Below, in pieces: positions 19,409 through 28,170 of a DNA stretch of 64,000 bases. Every line of letters begins with the position of its first letter. The first letter of the stretch is position 1. This DNA comes from an uncultured Chloroflexia bacterium (lineage in GTDB: Bacteria; Chloroflexota; Limnocylindria; Limnocylindrales; CSP1-4), in NCBI GenBank assembly GCA_963768655.1, contig CAVYIM010000005.1:32001-96000 (forward strand), written 5' to 3'. A program made the translations under genes and the position numbers. The notes beneath the pieces were generated by a model, which made no database searches, was not told the origin of the DNA, and saw only the letters and a list, made by a program, of their open reading frames with translations.

Positions 19409-20695
19409 TCAAGGTTTGAACAGCTCGGCGGACGAGAGAATGCTTACCTGGTCCGAGGTGCCTCCCGCGATCAAGACTGTGCCGTTGGCCAGCAGTGTTG
19501 CCGTGTGATCAGCTCGCGGCTGTGGCATGGAGACTGTGTCCTGGTAGCCAGAGGCTGGGTCGTACAGGCCTGCCGCATCGGTAGTGTCTTGGGAAACAGC
19601 GGTTACGGCATAGCCCCCTGCAAAGAACACACGCCCATCCGAGAGGAGCGTTGGCGTAGTCAACCAGTCGCCAGGAGCGGCGATCGATCCCGACTGCCTG
19701 AGCGAGCCAGTCACTAGATCGTAGGTCACAAGGTTGTCGTTTATACACAGCAGAACGTGGCCATCCCTGAGCGGAATGAGCGTGTATGGAGTGGGTGGAT
19801 AGACACCGGCGTCGGGATCGAGCGAGATAGAACTCGACTTGCCAGTGGCTGGATCGAACAGTTCAGCGGCCGGGCCATCAGCAACGGTGGGGCCAACTAT
19901 CAGGACCTTCCCGTCGGGCAGCACGGCCGCCGAGGTGGCGGCTCCGATACCCACGCCACTGACGTTGGGGAATACGTCCACATAGTCGTTCTGTAGCGAA
20001 CCGTCGCGCGTGAACTTGCCAGTAGTCGGGTCATACAGCTCAACCAGTTTCGACCCGCCCAGCAGTATCAGGACCTGCCCATCGGGCAGGAGCAGGGAAT
20101 TGGCACCGGAGCGAGCGACGGCCATCAAACCGGTGCGAGTGAACTCGCCAGTCGTGGAGTCATACAGCTCGGCAGACGCGAGAGGGCCTTCGCCGTCGGC
20201 TGTGTCGAGCGCACAGCTCCTGGTGACGCAGCCATAGCCGCCGGCCATCAGGACCCGCCCGTCGGGCAGGAGGATGGCAGCGGCGTCGGAGCGACCAGTC
20301 GCCATGGAGCCTGTGGGCGTGAACTTGCCAGTGGTCGGGTCGTACAGCTCGGCCGATGCGAGGACTGGTGCGTGCAGGAAGGGAACAGAAGGCATCGCCC
20401 GGGCTCCTCCGGCGATGAGGACCTCGCCGTCCCGCAGCAGTGTGGCGGTGGCGTAGATCCGGGGGGCGCTCATGCTGCCGGTGACGACGAACGTCGGGGC
20501 TGGCGTGGGCGACGGTGTCGGCGTGGGCGTGGGACTCGGCGACAATGTGGCGCTCGGGCGGGCAGTCGGGCTGGGGCTCGGCCAGGGCGAGGCCGGGCTT
20601 CCCCCGCATCCGGCGATGGCCAGCACGAGGACCAATGCGGCGCATGCCCGGCCCGTCGAGCCGCGGACCCTATCAATCCCCGGACTGGCTCTCAC
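19409..20695 (-). CDS. Kelch-repeat beta-propeller lipoprotein K2
   Basis: GTG start after GAGGGAGG; LAIAGC lipobox; Kelch repeats; ends SAELFKP. Confidence 0.88.
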   Translation of the reverse strand: MRASPGIDRVRGSTGRACAALVLVLAIAGCGGSPASPWPSPSPTARPSATLSPSPTPTPTPSPTPAPTFVVTGSMSAPRIYATATLLRDGEVLIAGGARAMPSVPFLHAPVLASAELYDPTTGKFTPTGSMATGRSDAAAILLPDGRVLMAGGYGCVTRSCALDTADGEGPLASAELYDSTTGEFTRTGLMAVARSGANSLLLPDGQVLILLGGSKLVELYDPTTGKFTRDGSLQNDYVDVFPNVSGVGIGAATSAAVLPDGKVLIVGPTVADGPAAELFDPATGKSSSISLDPDAGVYPPTPYTLIPLRDGHVLLCINDNLVTYDLVTGSLRQSGSIAAPGDWLTTPTLLSDGRVFFAGGYAVTAVSQDTTDAAGLYDPASGYQDTVSMPQPRADHTATLLANGTVLIAGGTSDQVSILSSAELFKP

Positions 20696-20791
20696 GCTCT
20701 GCCTCCCTCTGTCATCGAAACCACTGCAGGATGACGCATCGGGGAAGCGTGCGTGATGCCACAGGGCGTCGGTCGAAAGTGAAACCAGAAG

Positions 20792-20821
20792 TGGTGGAGG
20801 AGACCGGGCAGTATGCGAACC
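20792..20821 (-). repeat. Site B copy between K1 and K2
   Basis: tggtggaggagaccgggcagtatgcgaacc, followed by the agcctgggggctcaatccggcgaacgc arm shared with the 7793 and 17444 copies. Confidence 0.85.
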
Positions 20822-21002
20822 AGCCTGGGGGCTCAATCCGGCGAACGCAGGCCGTTGTGCGAGCGCCATCTGACAACCGTCTTCGTTCCGACTGCTGCAT
20901 CTGATCTACGTCGACTACATCGCCGGTAGGTTCCGAGCGCAGTGGCGTGTGGCGAACGGCTGGTCAATTCGCCGACTGTTCGCCAACGCAGAAGCCGGTA
21001 GC

Positions 21003-22229
21003 CTACGGCCGGTAGAGCTCGCAGACGGCACTGTCGATTGCTCCGCCGGCCACGAGTACGTCGCCATCTGAAAGCAAGGTTGCTGTGAAGAACGACCGGG
21101 GCCAGTGCATAGATCCGGTGGCGGAGAACGTGCCAGTGGTCGGATCGAACAGCTCAGCGCTTGCTACGCCGTCTTCCTGGTTGTCGGCATTGTTGCCTCC
21201 AGCCACCAGCACCTTCCCGTCCGGAAGCAGGACGGCCACGTCGTCGGATCGGGCCGTTCCCATCGATCCAGTCGGTACGAATCGGTTGGTGCTGGGGTCG
21301 AAGAGCTCGGCGGACGAGTAATACTGGCCACTCAGGTAACTGAAGCCGCCGGCGATCAGCACGCGGCCGTCCGGAAGGAGCGTTGCTGTGTCTTCCTCGC
21401 GTTCGACACTCATGTTGCCTGCGGGACTGAACGTGCCGGTTCGAGGGTCGTAGATCTCCGCCGTGGCATAAGTAGTGGCCGTCCCGGATTGCGGATCTCC
21501 GCACGATCCTCCACCGGCGACAAGAACTCGGCCGTCGCTGAGTGCAGTGGCGGTGGCCCCCGCGCGCGCAGCCCTCATCGAGCCTGTCATCGTGAACTTG
21601 CCAGACGTAGGGTCGTACAGCTCTGCAGACGCCACGCAATCCTCTGAGCGAGAGCGGACATCCGCGCCACCAGCTACGAGGACGCGTCCGTCCTGCAGCA
21701 GGGCCACCGCCGGACCAGAGCGGTCCACCAGCGGTCTAGCCGGGATGAACTTGCCCGTGGCCGGATCGTAGAGCTCGGCGCCAGTGTCCTTGGCGTCGAC
21801 GTTGTCCGCAGCGCCCACGACTAGGACTCGGCCATCGAGCAGGGTTACTGCCGAGGGCTCCGTGCGGTCGTGCGAAAGTGAGCCGGTCGTGGTGAACGTC
21901 CCGGTCGAGGGGTCGTAGATCTCGGCGACCACGCCGCTCGCCACGAGAAGTACCCGCCCGTCACGGAGCATCGCCGCTGCGTGCTGCGCGCGGAGATCAC
22001 GCATCGAGCCGGTGAGCGTGAAGGTTCCGCGGGCAGGAGTCGGCGAGAACGTGGGCGTCGAGGGCGAAGTAGGTTCGGCGCTCATCCTAGACGTAGGGCT
22101 GGACGCAGGGCTCGTCGTCGGGCTCGGGATCGACGAGGGCAAGGCCGGGCTGCCTCCGCAACCGGCGACCGCCAGGACGAGGACTGCGGCGCGAAGGGGC
22201 CGCCCTGGCGAGCCAAGACCCACTCTCAC
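21003..22229 (-). CDS. Kelch-repeat beta-propeller lipoprotein K1 (tRNA-proximal)
   Basis: GTG start; LAVAGC lipobox; Kelch repeats; paralog of K8. Confidence 0.88.
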   Translation of the reverse strand: MRVGLGSPGRPLRAAVLVLAVAGCGGSPALPSSIPSPTTSPASSPTSRMSAEPTSPSTPTFSPTPARGTFTLTGSMRDLRAQHAAAMLRDGRVLLVASGVVAEIYDPSTGTFTTTGSLSHDRTEPSAVTLLDGRVLVVGAADNVDAKDTGAELYDPATGKFIPARPLVDRSGPAVALLQDGRVLVAGGADVRSRSEDCVASAELYDPTSGKFTMTGSMRAARAGATATALSDGRVLVAGGGSCGDPQSGTATTYATAEIYDPRTGTFSPAGNMSVEREEDTATLLPDGRVLIAGGFSYLSGQYYSSAELFDPSTNRFVPTGSMGTARSDDVAVLLPDGKVLVAGGNNADNQEDGVASAELFDPTTGTFSATGSMHWPRSFFTATLLSDGDVLVAGGAIDSAVCELYRP

Positions 22230-22331
22230 CCTCTGTCTCCCACTGCCTTCGGACTGAATGCAGGATGACGCATCCAGGAAGGGCACGTGACGTCACTGGG
22301 TAGTGTCGACCGACGGGCCGAGGAGACGGTG

Positions 22332-22416
22332 TGGGCGAGGTCGGGGTCGAACCGACACGCCGCTTACGCGGCACCAGCTCCTAAGGCTGGCGCGTCTGCC
22401 ATTCCGCCACTCGCCC
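22332..22416 (-). tRNA. tRNA-Leu (anticodon TAG)
   Basis: GGGCGAG acceptor stem, D-loop GGAATGGCAGAC, anticodon stem CCAGC/GCTGG with loop CTTAGGA, long variable arm, GGTTCGA T-loop; CCA not encoded. Confidence 0.96.
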
Positions 22417-22485
22417 GTGGCCCAAGAGTCTAGCGGGCGCGGCAATGCCGCAATGCGCGACCGCCGCCCGCGGCGCGGAGCCGGC

Positions 22486-23118
22486 TCAGAGGTGGCGGAG
22501 CCGGTTGCGGCGCATGCCGGGTCGCCGCGACCCGGGAGCCGGTGAGGCCTTTCCGGGCCCGGCGGCTGTCTCGGCCAAATGCTCGGCCGTGTGCTTCTCG
22601 CGTCGAGCCCGAATCCGCTCCGTGGCGGCCGCGAAGCTGCTCGCGTCTGGGCTGAACAGCTCATTGGCCAGCCGCTTACCCGCCTCGGCGGTCACCGGCC
22701 GGAGGATGTTGCCGCCCAGCTCGGAGATCGTGCCTCTCAGGTCGCGCGCCTCGCGCTCGGGGCGGCTCTTCTCGAGGTAGGCGCCAAACTCGCGCTCGAG
22801 CAGACCGCGGACCTGCTCGCCGTCCTCGCCCAGCGAGCGCAGCGCCTTGTCGATCTGCTTTGGCAGCATCGACTTGGGCAGATCCGCCCTCGGGCCGAGA
22901 ATCGCCCGCCGAACGGCGCGATAGGTCCGCTTCGGCCCACCCAGGACGATGAAGGCCGTGCCGGCGGCGAGCGCGGCTGTCTTGCCAGGCGAGCGCCGGA
23001 TCTTGGCCGGGAAGTCGACCGCCGCGCGGCCGGCCGCCTCGAGCCCTGTGACCTCCTCGCGCAGGAGTTCGCGGCGGGCTACGACTTCCGCCCGAGCGGC
23101 ATCTGTTCGCGCACCCAC
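22486..23118 (-). CDS. Hypothetical protein (DUF3618-like N-terminus), overlapping upstream membrane gene
   Basis: GTG start overlapping the end of 23079-24008; coiled N-terminus then one hydrophobic segment. Confidence 0.6.
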   Translation of the reverse strand: MGARTDAARAEVVARRELLREEVTGLEAAGRAAVDFPAKIRRSPGKTAALAAGTAFIVLGGPKRTYRAVRRAILGPRADLPKSMLPKQIDKALRSLGEDGEQVRGLLEREFGAYLEKSRPEREARDLRGTISELGGNILRPVTAEAGKRLANELFSPDASSFAAATERIRARREKHTAEHLAETAAGPGKASPAPGSRRPGMRRNRLRHL

Positions 23119-24008
23119 TCGATGGTCTCCTTGGTGGTCTCGATGGACTGATTGGGCAGCAGGCGGTTCTTGAGCTCGCCGAAGTCGGCCTTCCGCAACA
23201 CGAAGATCGCGGCCAGGATCGGGTACAGGACGAGGAAGACGGCCAGGGCGACGGCGATCGAGATCCCCCAGCTCATCGGAACTCCCAGCAACGCGCCGAG
23301 CAGGCCGCCGATGACGGCGCCGACGATGGCGATGCCGACCGCGGCACCGACGCGCTTGAGGATCTCGCTCGCCACGACCAGCCCGACGATCGCGCCCACG
23401 ATCGCGAACAGGACCGCCAGGACGATCACGCCGGCGGCGATCGGTCGGTCGGCGGCCGAAACGGCATGGCCGTCGAACCAGGTCAGCCCGCCGAAGAAGG
23501 TGCCGCCGACCCAGCCCAGGGCGCGGCTGGTCAGCTGCAGCCAGAGAATCACGCCGACGACGACGGCCACGACGAGCGCGACGAAGAACGCGATCCCGAG
23601 GCGAGGCGCAGCATTGGGGATGATCAGCAGGACGAGTGTGACGGCAATCGCGATCAGCAGCGTGGACCCGTGCAATGCGCCCCAGCCGATCGAGCCGAAG
23701 ACCCACTCGTCGAGCCACAGGATCGACCCGACGAACGCCACCATGCCGGCCAGGAAGAGGCACGCCAGGGCGGCGCCGCCGAGGGCGACCACACGCTTGA
23801 TCTCGCCCATGATCTCGGACAGTTCGGCCGAGAGGAGCTTGACATGGGCCGAGATCAGGCCGAGCAGGGCCTTGCGCGTTCGACTGAACTGCTCGCCAAC
23901 GCTCCGCGGCGACGGGCCGGCGCTCTTGCCAGGTCCCGCGCTCTTGCCGGAGTCCGCGCTCTTGCCGGTTGACGGTGACTGATCGGATGAGGAGGACTGG
24001 TCGGCCAA
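23079..24008 (-). CDS. Membrane protein, phage-holin superfamily III (DUF1469)-like
   Basis: HVKLLSAELSE then multiple TM helices; C-terminal P.QSIETTKE..EW. Confidence 0.7.
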   Translation of the reverse strand: MADQSSSSDQSPSTGKSADSGKSAGPGKSAGPSPRSVGEQFSRTRKALLGLISAHVKLLSAELSEIMGEIKRVVALGGAALACLFLAGMVAFVGSILWLDEWVFGSIGWGALHGSTLLIAIAVTLVLLIIPNAAPRLGIAFFVALVVAVVVGVILWLQLTSRALGWVGGTFFGGLTWFDGHAVSAADRPIAAGVIVLAVLFAIVGAIVGLVVASEILKRVGAAVGIAIVGAVIGGLLGALLGVPMSWGISIAVALAVFLVLYPILAAIFVLRKADFGELKNRLLPNQSIETTKETIEWVREQMPLGRKS

Positions 24009-24198
24009 GGGACCTCCCAGGGATAGGGGTCAGACAGCACAGCGATCATAGCAGCGGGATGGCCGGCTTCGGCAAGTCCAGTGTGTAGAATGCGCCGGCG
24101 GAAGGCCGGGCGGGCGAGCCGGCGGACGCGAGAGCGGCGGGGAAGCCGCGATAGGCTCGCGCGAGACGGACGAGCGACGAACCGACTACGCTCCCACC

Positions 24199-25452
24199 AT
24201 GCCCGAACCGAAGCCATCCAAGCCCGAACCGAAGCCATCCAAGCCCGAAGCCGCGCCGGCGGGCCGCCCGCTACGGACTGCCGTGCTCCTGGCAGTGGGC
24301 AGCGAGCTGACCGCCGGCGAGACGCGCGACACCAACAGCGGCGACCTGGCGCGGTCGCTGGCCGACCATGGAGTCGAGGCCGAATGGATCGTGGCGCTGC
24401 CCGATCGCCTGGCCACCGTCGTCGAAGCGCTGCGGAACGCGCTGGCTGTGGCCGACTTCGCCGTCACGACCGGCGGCCTCGGACCCACGCCCGACGATCT
24501 GACCCGTGAAGCGATCGCCGCCGTCGTCGGGGAGCGGCCCGCGGTCGACCCCGAGCTGGAGCGCTGGCTGCGCCACCTTTTCGAGCGGCGCGGCATCGCC
24601 TACCACGGAGGCAACTCCAAGCAGGCGTGGCTCATCCCCTCGGCGACGGCGATCCCCAACGAGCGCGGCACCGCGCCGGGGTGGTGGGTCGATCGGCCGG
24701 ACGGGCGCGTCATCGTGGCGCTGCCGGGGCCCCCGGCCGAGATGCGACCGATGTGGGAGGGCTGGGTGCTCCCCCATCTCACCGCCCGCGGACTGGGACA
24801 GGAGCGCGTCACGCGGACGTACCGCCTGACCGGCATCGGCGAATTGGCGGTGGCCGCGCTGCTGGGAGAGCGGCTGCTCCGGGCCGAGAACCCGGTCGTG
24901 GCCACGTACGCGCGCTCGGACGCGGTGGACGTGCGCATCTCCGCCCGAGCCGATGGCGGCCGCTCGCCGGGGCAGCTCGTAGAGGAGGCCGAGACCGAGG
25001 TCCTGGCCGCCGTCGGCACGTACGTGTGGGGCCGCGAGGGCGACACGTGGCCCGGCGTGCTGGGCGGCGAGCTGTCGGCGCGCGGCTGGACTGCCGCGCT
25101 CGTCGAGGCGGGCACGGGCGGCGCCACGATGCGTCTCCTCGGCGACGCCCCGTGGCTGGTCTCGTCGCGCCTCCTCGCGCCGGCGGAGGCGGACGCCCCG
25201 ATCGCCGCGCTGGCCAATCAGGCTCGCGAGGCTGCCGCGGCGACCGTCGGTCTGGCGGTTCGCGCGGTCGAAGCAGGCGAGGATACGCAGGTGGAGATCG
25301 CCTTCGCCGGTCCCTGGGGCGCCCGTGAGACGCGCCAGACAGCGTTTCTGGGCGGCGGCGAAGGCCGGCGACGAGCCGGCGTCGCGGCCGCCGCGTTCCT
25401 CCATGCGGCGCTCCGGGAAGCGCCGCCCGCCCGCCAGGGTCAGAACGGCTGA
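24199..25452 (+). CDS. cinA: CinA-family competence/damage-inducible protein
   Basis: AVGSEL..G...DTN, TTGGLGPTPDDLTREA, GTAPG, LPGPP.EM; degenerate C-terminal PncC-like part. Confidence 0.88.
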   Translation: MPEPKPSKPEPKPSKPEAAPAGRPLRTAVLLAVGSELTAGETRDTNSGDLARSLADHGVEAEWIVALPDRLATVVEALRNALAVADFAVTTGGLGPTPDDLTREAIAAVVGERPAVDPELERWLRHLFERRGIAYHGGNSKQAWLIPSATAIPNERGTAPGWWVDRPDGRVIVALPGPPAEMRPMWEGWVLPHLTARGLGQERVTRTYRLTGIGELAVAALLGERLLRAENPVVATYARSDAVDVRISARADGGRSPGQLVEEAETEVLAAVGTYVWGREGDTWPGVLGGELSARGWTAALVEAGTGGATMRLLGDAPWLVSSRLLAPAEADAPIAALANQAREAAAATVGLAVRAVEAGEDTQVEIAFAGPWGARETRQTAFLGGGEGRRRAGVAAAAFLHAALREAPPARQGQNG

Positions 25453-25524
25453 TCGCGCGCAGGAACGCCCCTTCTGGCGGACAATACGTGGCGGTTGACG
25501 TGGGGCGCGAAGCTGGAGCGGAGC

Positions 25525-26007
25525 ATGACCACCAAGGAGAGGATCGAGGCGGCCGACCTCGCCCGACTGCCGCTGTTCGAGGGCTTGGAGCAGGCTGACC
25601 TTGCCTCTCTCGCCGCGGCGTCGTGCCGGCGTCAGCTGAACGACGGCGAAACCCTTGTCGAGATGGGCGACTCGATCTCCGAGGTCCACTGGCTCGAGAG
25701 CGGCCAGCTCGCCTTGCGCGTCCGCCACGACGGGCGCTGGGTCCTGGTTTCGACCCTGCACGAGGGCGACCTGCTCGGCTGGTCTGCCCTGCGCGAGGAC
25801 CCGACGGCCCTGTCCACCGCCAGGGCGATCGGACCGGCGGTGATGCTCTCTATGCCGGCCTCCGGCCTGCTTGGCCTGCTCGTCGGCAGCTCGTCCCAGT
25901 CGGAGCTGCTGCTGCGCCGGCTGTTCGGGATCGCGACCCAGCATCTGGACGAGAGCCGCGCCCAGCTGCTCCAGCTCGGACGCGAAGGGGTCATCTCGGC
26001 GGGCTGA
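25525..26007 (+). CDS. Cyclic nucleotide-binding domain protein
   Basis: LPLFEGL, GETLVEMGD, GDLLGWSAL cNMP-binding pattern; no HTH. Confidence 0.8.
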   Translation: MTTKERIEAADLARLPLFEGLEQADLASLAAASCRRQLNDGETLVEMGDSISEVHWLESGQLALRVRHDGRWVLVSTLHEGDLLGWSALREDPTALSTARAIGPAVMLSMPASGLLGLLVGSSSQSELLLRRLFGIATQHLDESRAQLLQLGREGVISAG

Positions 26008-26129
26008 CGGGAGGCTGCTGCCGCGGGGCCGCGGGCTGACGGCGGGGAGCTCGCGGGGCCGCGGGCCTACGAGCCGCCGAGCAGGAGCGGGCCGACGGAT
26101 GGGCCGGCGGGCGCCATCCCGGGCGCACC

Positions 26130-26825
26130 CTAGCGGCGCGAAGCGCGGAGCAGGGCGTCCAGATCCGGGATCACGATCGTCTCGCGATCCATGCGCAGCA
26201 ACCCGTCGTCGACGAACTCGCCCAGCAGCTTGTTCACGCTCTGGCGCGTGGCCCCGATCATCGACGCCACGTCGCTCTGTGTCAGCGGGGCGTCGAGCCG
26301 GATCGAGCCGTCGGCGTCGCGAGTGCCGTGCTCCTCCGCAAGGCGTGCCAGCCGCGCCGCTAGTCGGCCGGTCAGATCGAGGAAGTGGAGCTCGGCCACG
26401 TGGGCCGTGAGACGCCGCAGCTCGGCCGCCAGCGCAGTCAGGAGCGCGTCCCGAATTGCCGGCTCGGCCGCCACCAGGGCATGGAACCGGTCGCGCGGCA
26501 GGGCCAGCGTCTCGGTCGGCTCGAGCGCAATCGCGCTGGCCGAACGCGGCGCGCCGTCGAGGAGCGCCAGCTCGCCCAGGAAGTCACCGCGGCGGAGGGT
26601 TGCCAGGATCGCCTCGTCGCCATCCTCCGAGGGCACCACCACCTTTACCGCACCCGAGGCCACGATGAACAGCGAGTCGCCGGGGTCACCCTCGTGGAAC
26701 AGCACCTCTCCCCTGCGAAAGCGCCGTGTCCGCAGGGTCTGCGCGAGGGCCCCGAGCGGCTCCGGGCCGAGCCCGCAGAAGAGGGCACAGCGGCCCAGTG
26801 CCTCGACGGCGAAATCGGTCGACAT
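26130..26825 (-). CDS. Crp/Fnr family transcriptional regulator
   Basis: GELALLDGAPRSASA cAMP pocket; LTQSDVASMIGATRQSVNK HTH. Confidence 0.92.
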   Translation of the reverse strand: MSTDFAVEALGRCALFCGLGPEPLGALAQTLRTRRFRRGEVLFHEGDPGDSLFIVASGAVKVVVPSEDGDEAILATLRRGDFLGELALLDGAPRSASAIALEPTETLALPRDRFHALVAAEPAIRDALLTALAAELRRLTAHVAELHFLDLTGRLAARLARLAEEHGTRDADGSIRLDAPLTQSDVASMIGATRQSVNKLLGEFVDDGLLRMDRETIVIPDLDALLRASRR

Positions 26826-26926
26826 GACCGAATGGTAGCGTCGAAGCGGGGCCGCGGCGGCACGTTTCGAGGGGCCGCCACGCAGGGCGCGAGACGCCGA
26901 TGGTGAGCGCCGCATACGATTGACCG

Positions 26927-28159
26927 ATGCAACGTCTCTCAGCGGAACGTGTCGTCGGAATCGGGCTCGCCGCCGGGGCAGTCGCGCTCGTGGTGGTGCT
27001 GGCGCTCGGTTTCGGATCGGACATGCTCGCCGGCCCGTCCTCCAGTCCGGCGGCCGGCTCCATCACGCAGGCCTCCGCGACCGCCACGGAGGCCACCTCG
27101 ACCGCGACGCAAGGTGCCTCGCCAATCCCCACCGCAACGCCGGCCACTTCGGCGGCACCGTCGGCGACGCCGGCTGCCTCTCCCGCCCCGAGCTCGTCAC
27201 CCGCTTCGCCCGCGCTGCCGGCGATGCTGGCGACGATCGGCGATTCGTACACCCAGGCCTGGAGCGTTTCGCCGGCCTACAGGAAGGATCACCCCGGCTA
27301 CTCGTGGGCAGTCGGCGACGTCAAGGGCGACGGCGTCTTCAGCCTGCGGGAGCGGTTCGAGGCCCTCGGCGACAACGTGGCTGTCGTCGACGCGGCGACC
27401 TCGGGCAAGAAGATGAGCGACGCCGCGCGCCAGGCCACGGAGATCGTGACCGCGGCCGCGTCCCTCGTCCCTGGCGCGACCGTCCTCGTCACGTTCGAGC
27501 TCGGCACGAACGATCTGTGCGACACCCCGACGACCGACCCGGCGACGTTCGAGACCCAGCTCCGCGCCGCGGTCGCCATCCTCCGCACCGGGCTGCCGAG
27601 CGGGAGCGAGATCCTGATGCTCTCGGTTCCGGACTTCTCGCATTTCTACGCCATCACACGGGCGAACGCCGAGGCCAGGACGATCCTCAACGAGGCATCC
27701 CACGCGGGGACCTGCGCGCCCTTCCTAGGTTGGGATAGCCCGCTCACGATCCCGGCGGCCCGCCAGTTGCTGGCCACATACAACGCGACCCTTGACCAGG
27801 TCTGCGACGAGATCGAAGCGACCGACGGTCAAGCCGGCAGGCTCCACTGCCGCAGCAACGAAGCGCTCCTGTCCGAGAAGGACTTCGGGATCAAGGACCT
27901 GAGCACGGTCGACTACTTCCATCCATCGCTCTCGGGACAGGCCAAGATGGCGGCGTCGGCCTGGGCGGCCGGCTACTGGGCCAACGTACAACTGCCTCCG
28001 GGAGCCGCCGCGCTGGCGCTCGGCGATGCGGGCGGGCCCGGCGGCGGAGACTTCGGCGGAGACTTCGGCGGAGTTGCGCCAGCGGGCATCGCTCCGATCG
28101 TGCCGTTCCTGGTGGCAAGGCGGCGGCGCCGCCGGCCGACCGGACACGGTGCGGGCTGA
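26927..28159 (+). CDS. SGNH/GDSL hydrolase, secreted or anchored
   Basis: IGDSYT, GTNDLC, DYFHPS blocks; N-terminal TM and S/T/P/A linker. Confidence 0.88.
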   Translation: MQRLSAERVVGIGLAAGAVALVVVLALGFGSDMLAGPSSSPAAGSITQASATATEATSTATQGASPIPTATPATSAAPSATPAASPAPSSSPASPALPAMLATIGDSYTQAWSVSPAYRKDHPGYSWAVGDVKGDGVFSLRERFEALGDNVAVVDAATSGKKMSDAARQATEIVTAAASLVPGATVLVTFELGTNDLCDTPTTDPATFETQLRAAVAILRTGLPSGSEILMLSVPDFSHFYAITRANAEARTILNEASHAGTCAPFLGWDSPLTIPAARQLLATYNATLDQVCDEIEATDGQAGRLHCRSNEALLSEKDFGIKDLSTVDYFHPSLSGQAKMAASAWAAGYWANVQLPPGAAALALGDAGGPGGGDFGGDFGGVAPAGIAPIVPFLVARRRRRRPTGHGAG

Positions 28160-28170
28160 CGGCCGCGGAT

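Noticed and set aside
7793-22416. CRISPR array or classical integron
   Set aside because: Repeats are separated by 1.4-1.8 kb genes rather than 30-40 bp spacers; no cas or intI gene, and I saw no attC-type RYYYAAC/GTTRRRY palindromes.
23079-24008. Prophage, suggested by a holin-like gene near a tRNA
   Set aside because: This membrane family is commonly chromosomal; no phage structural, lysin or integrase genes nearby.
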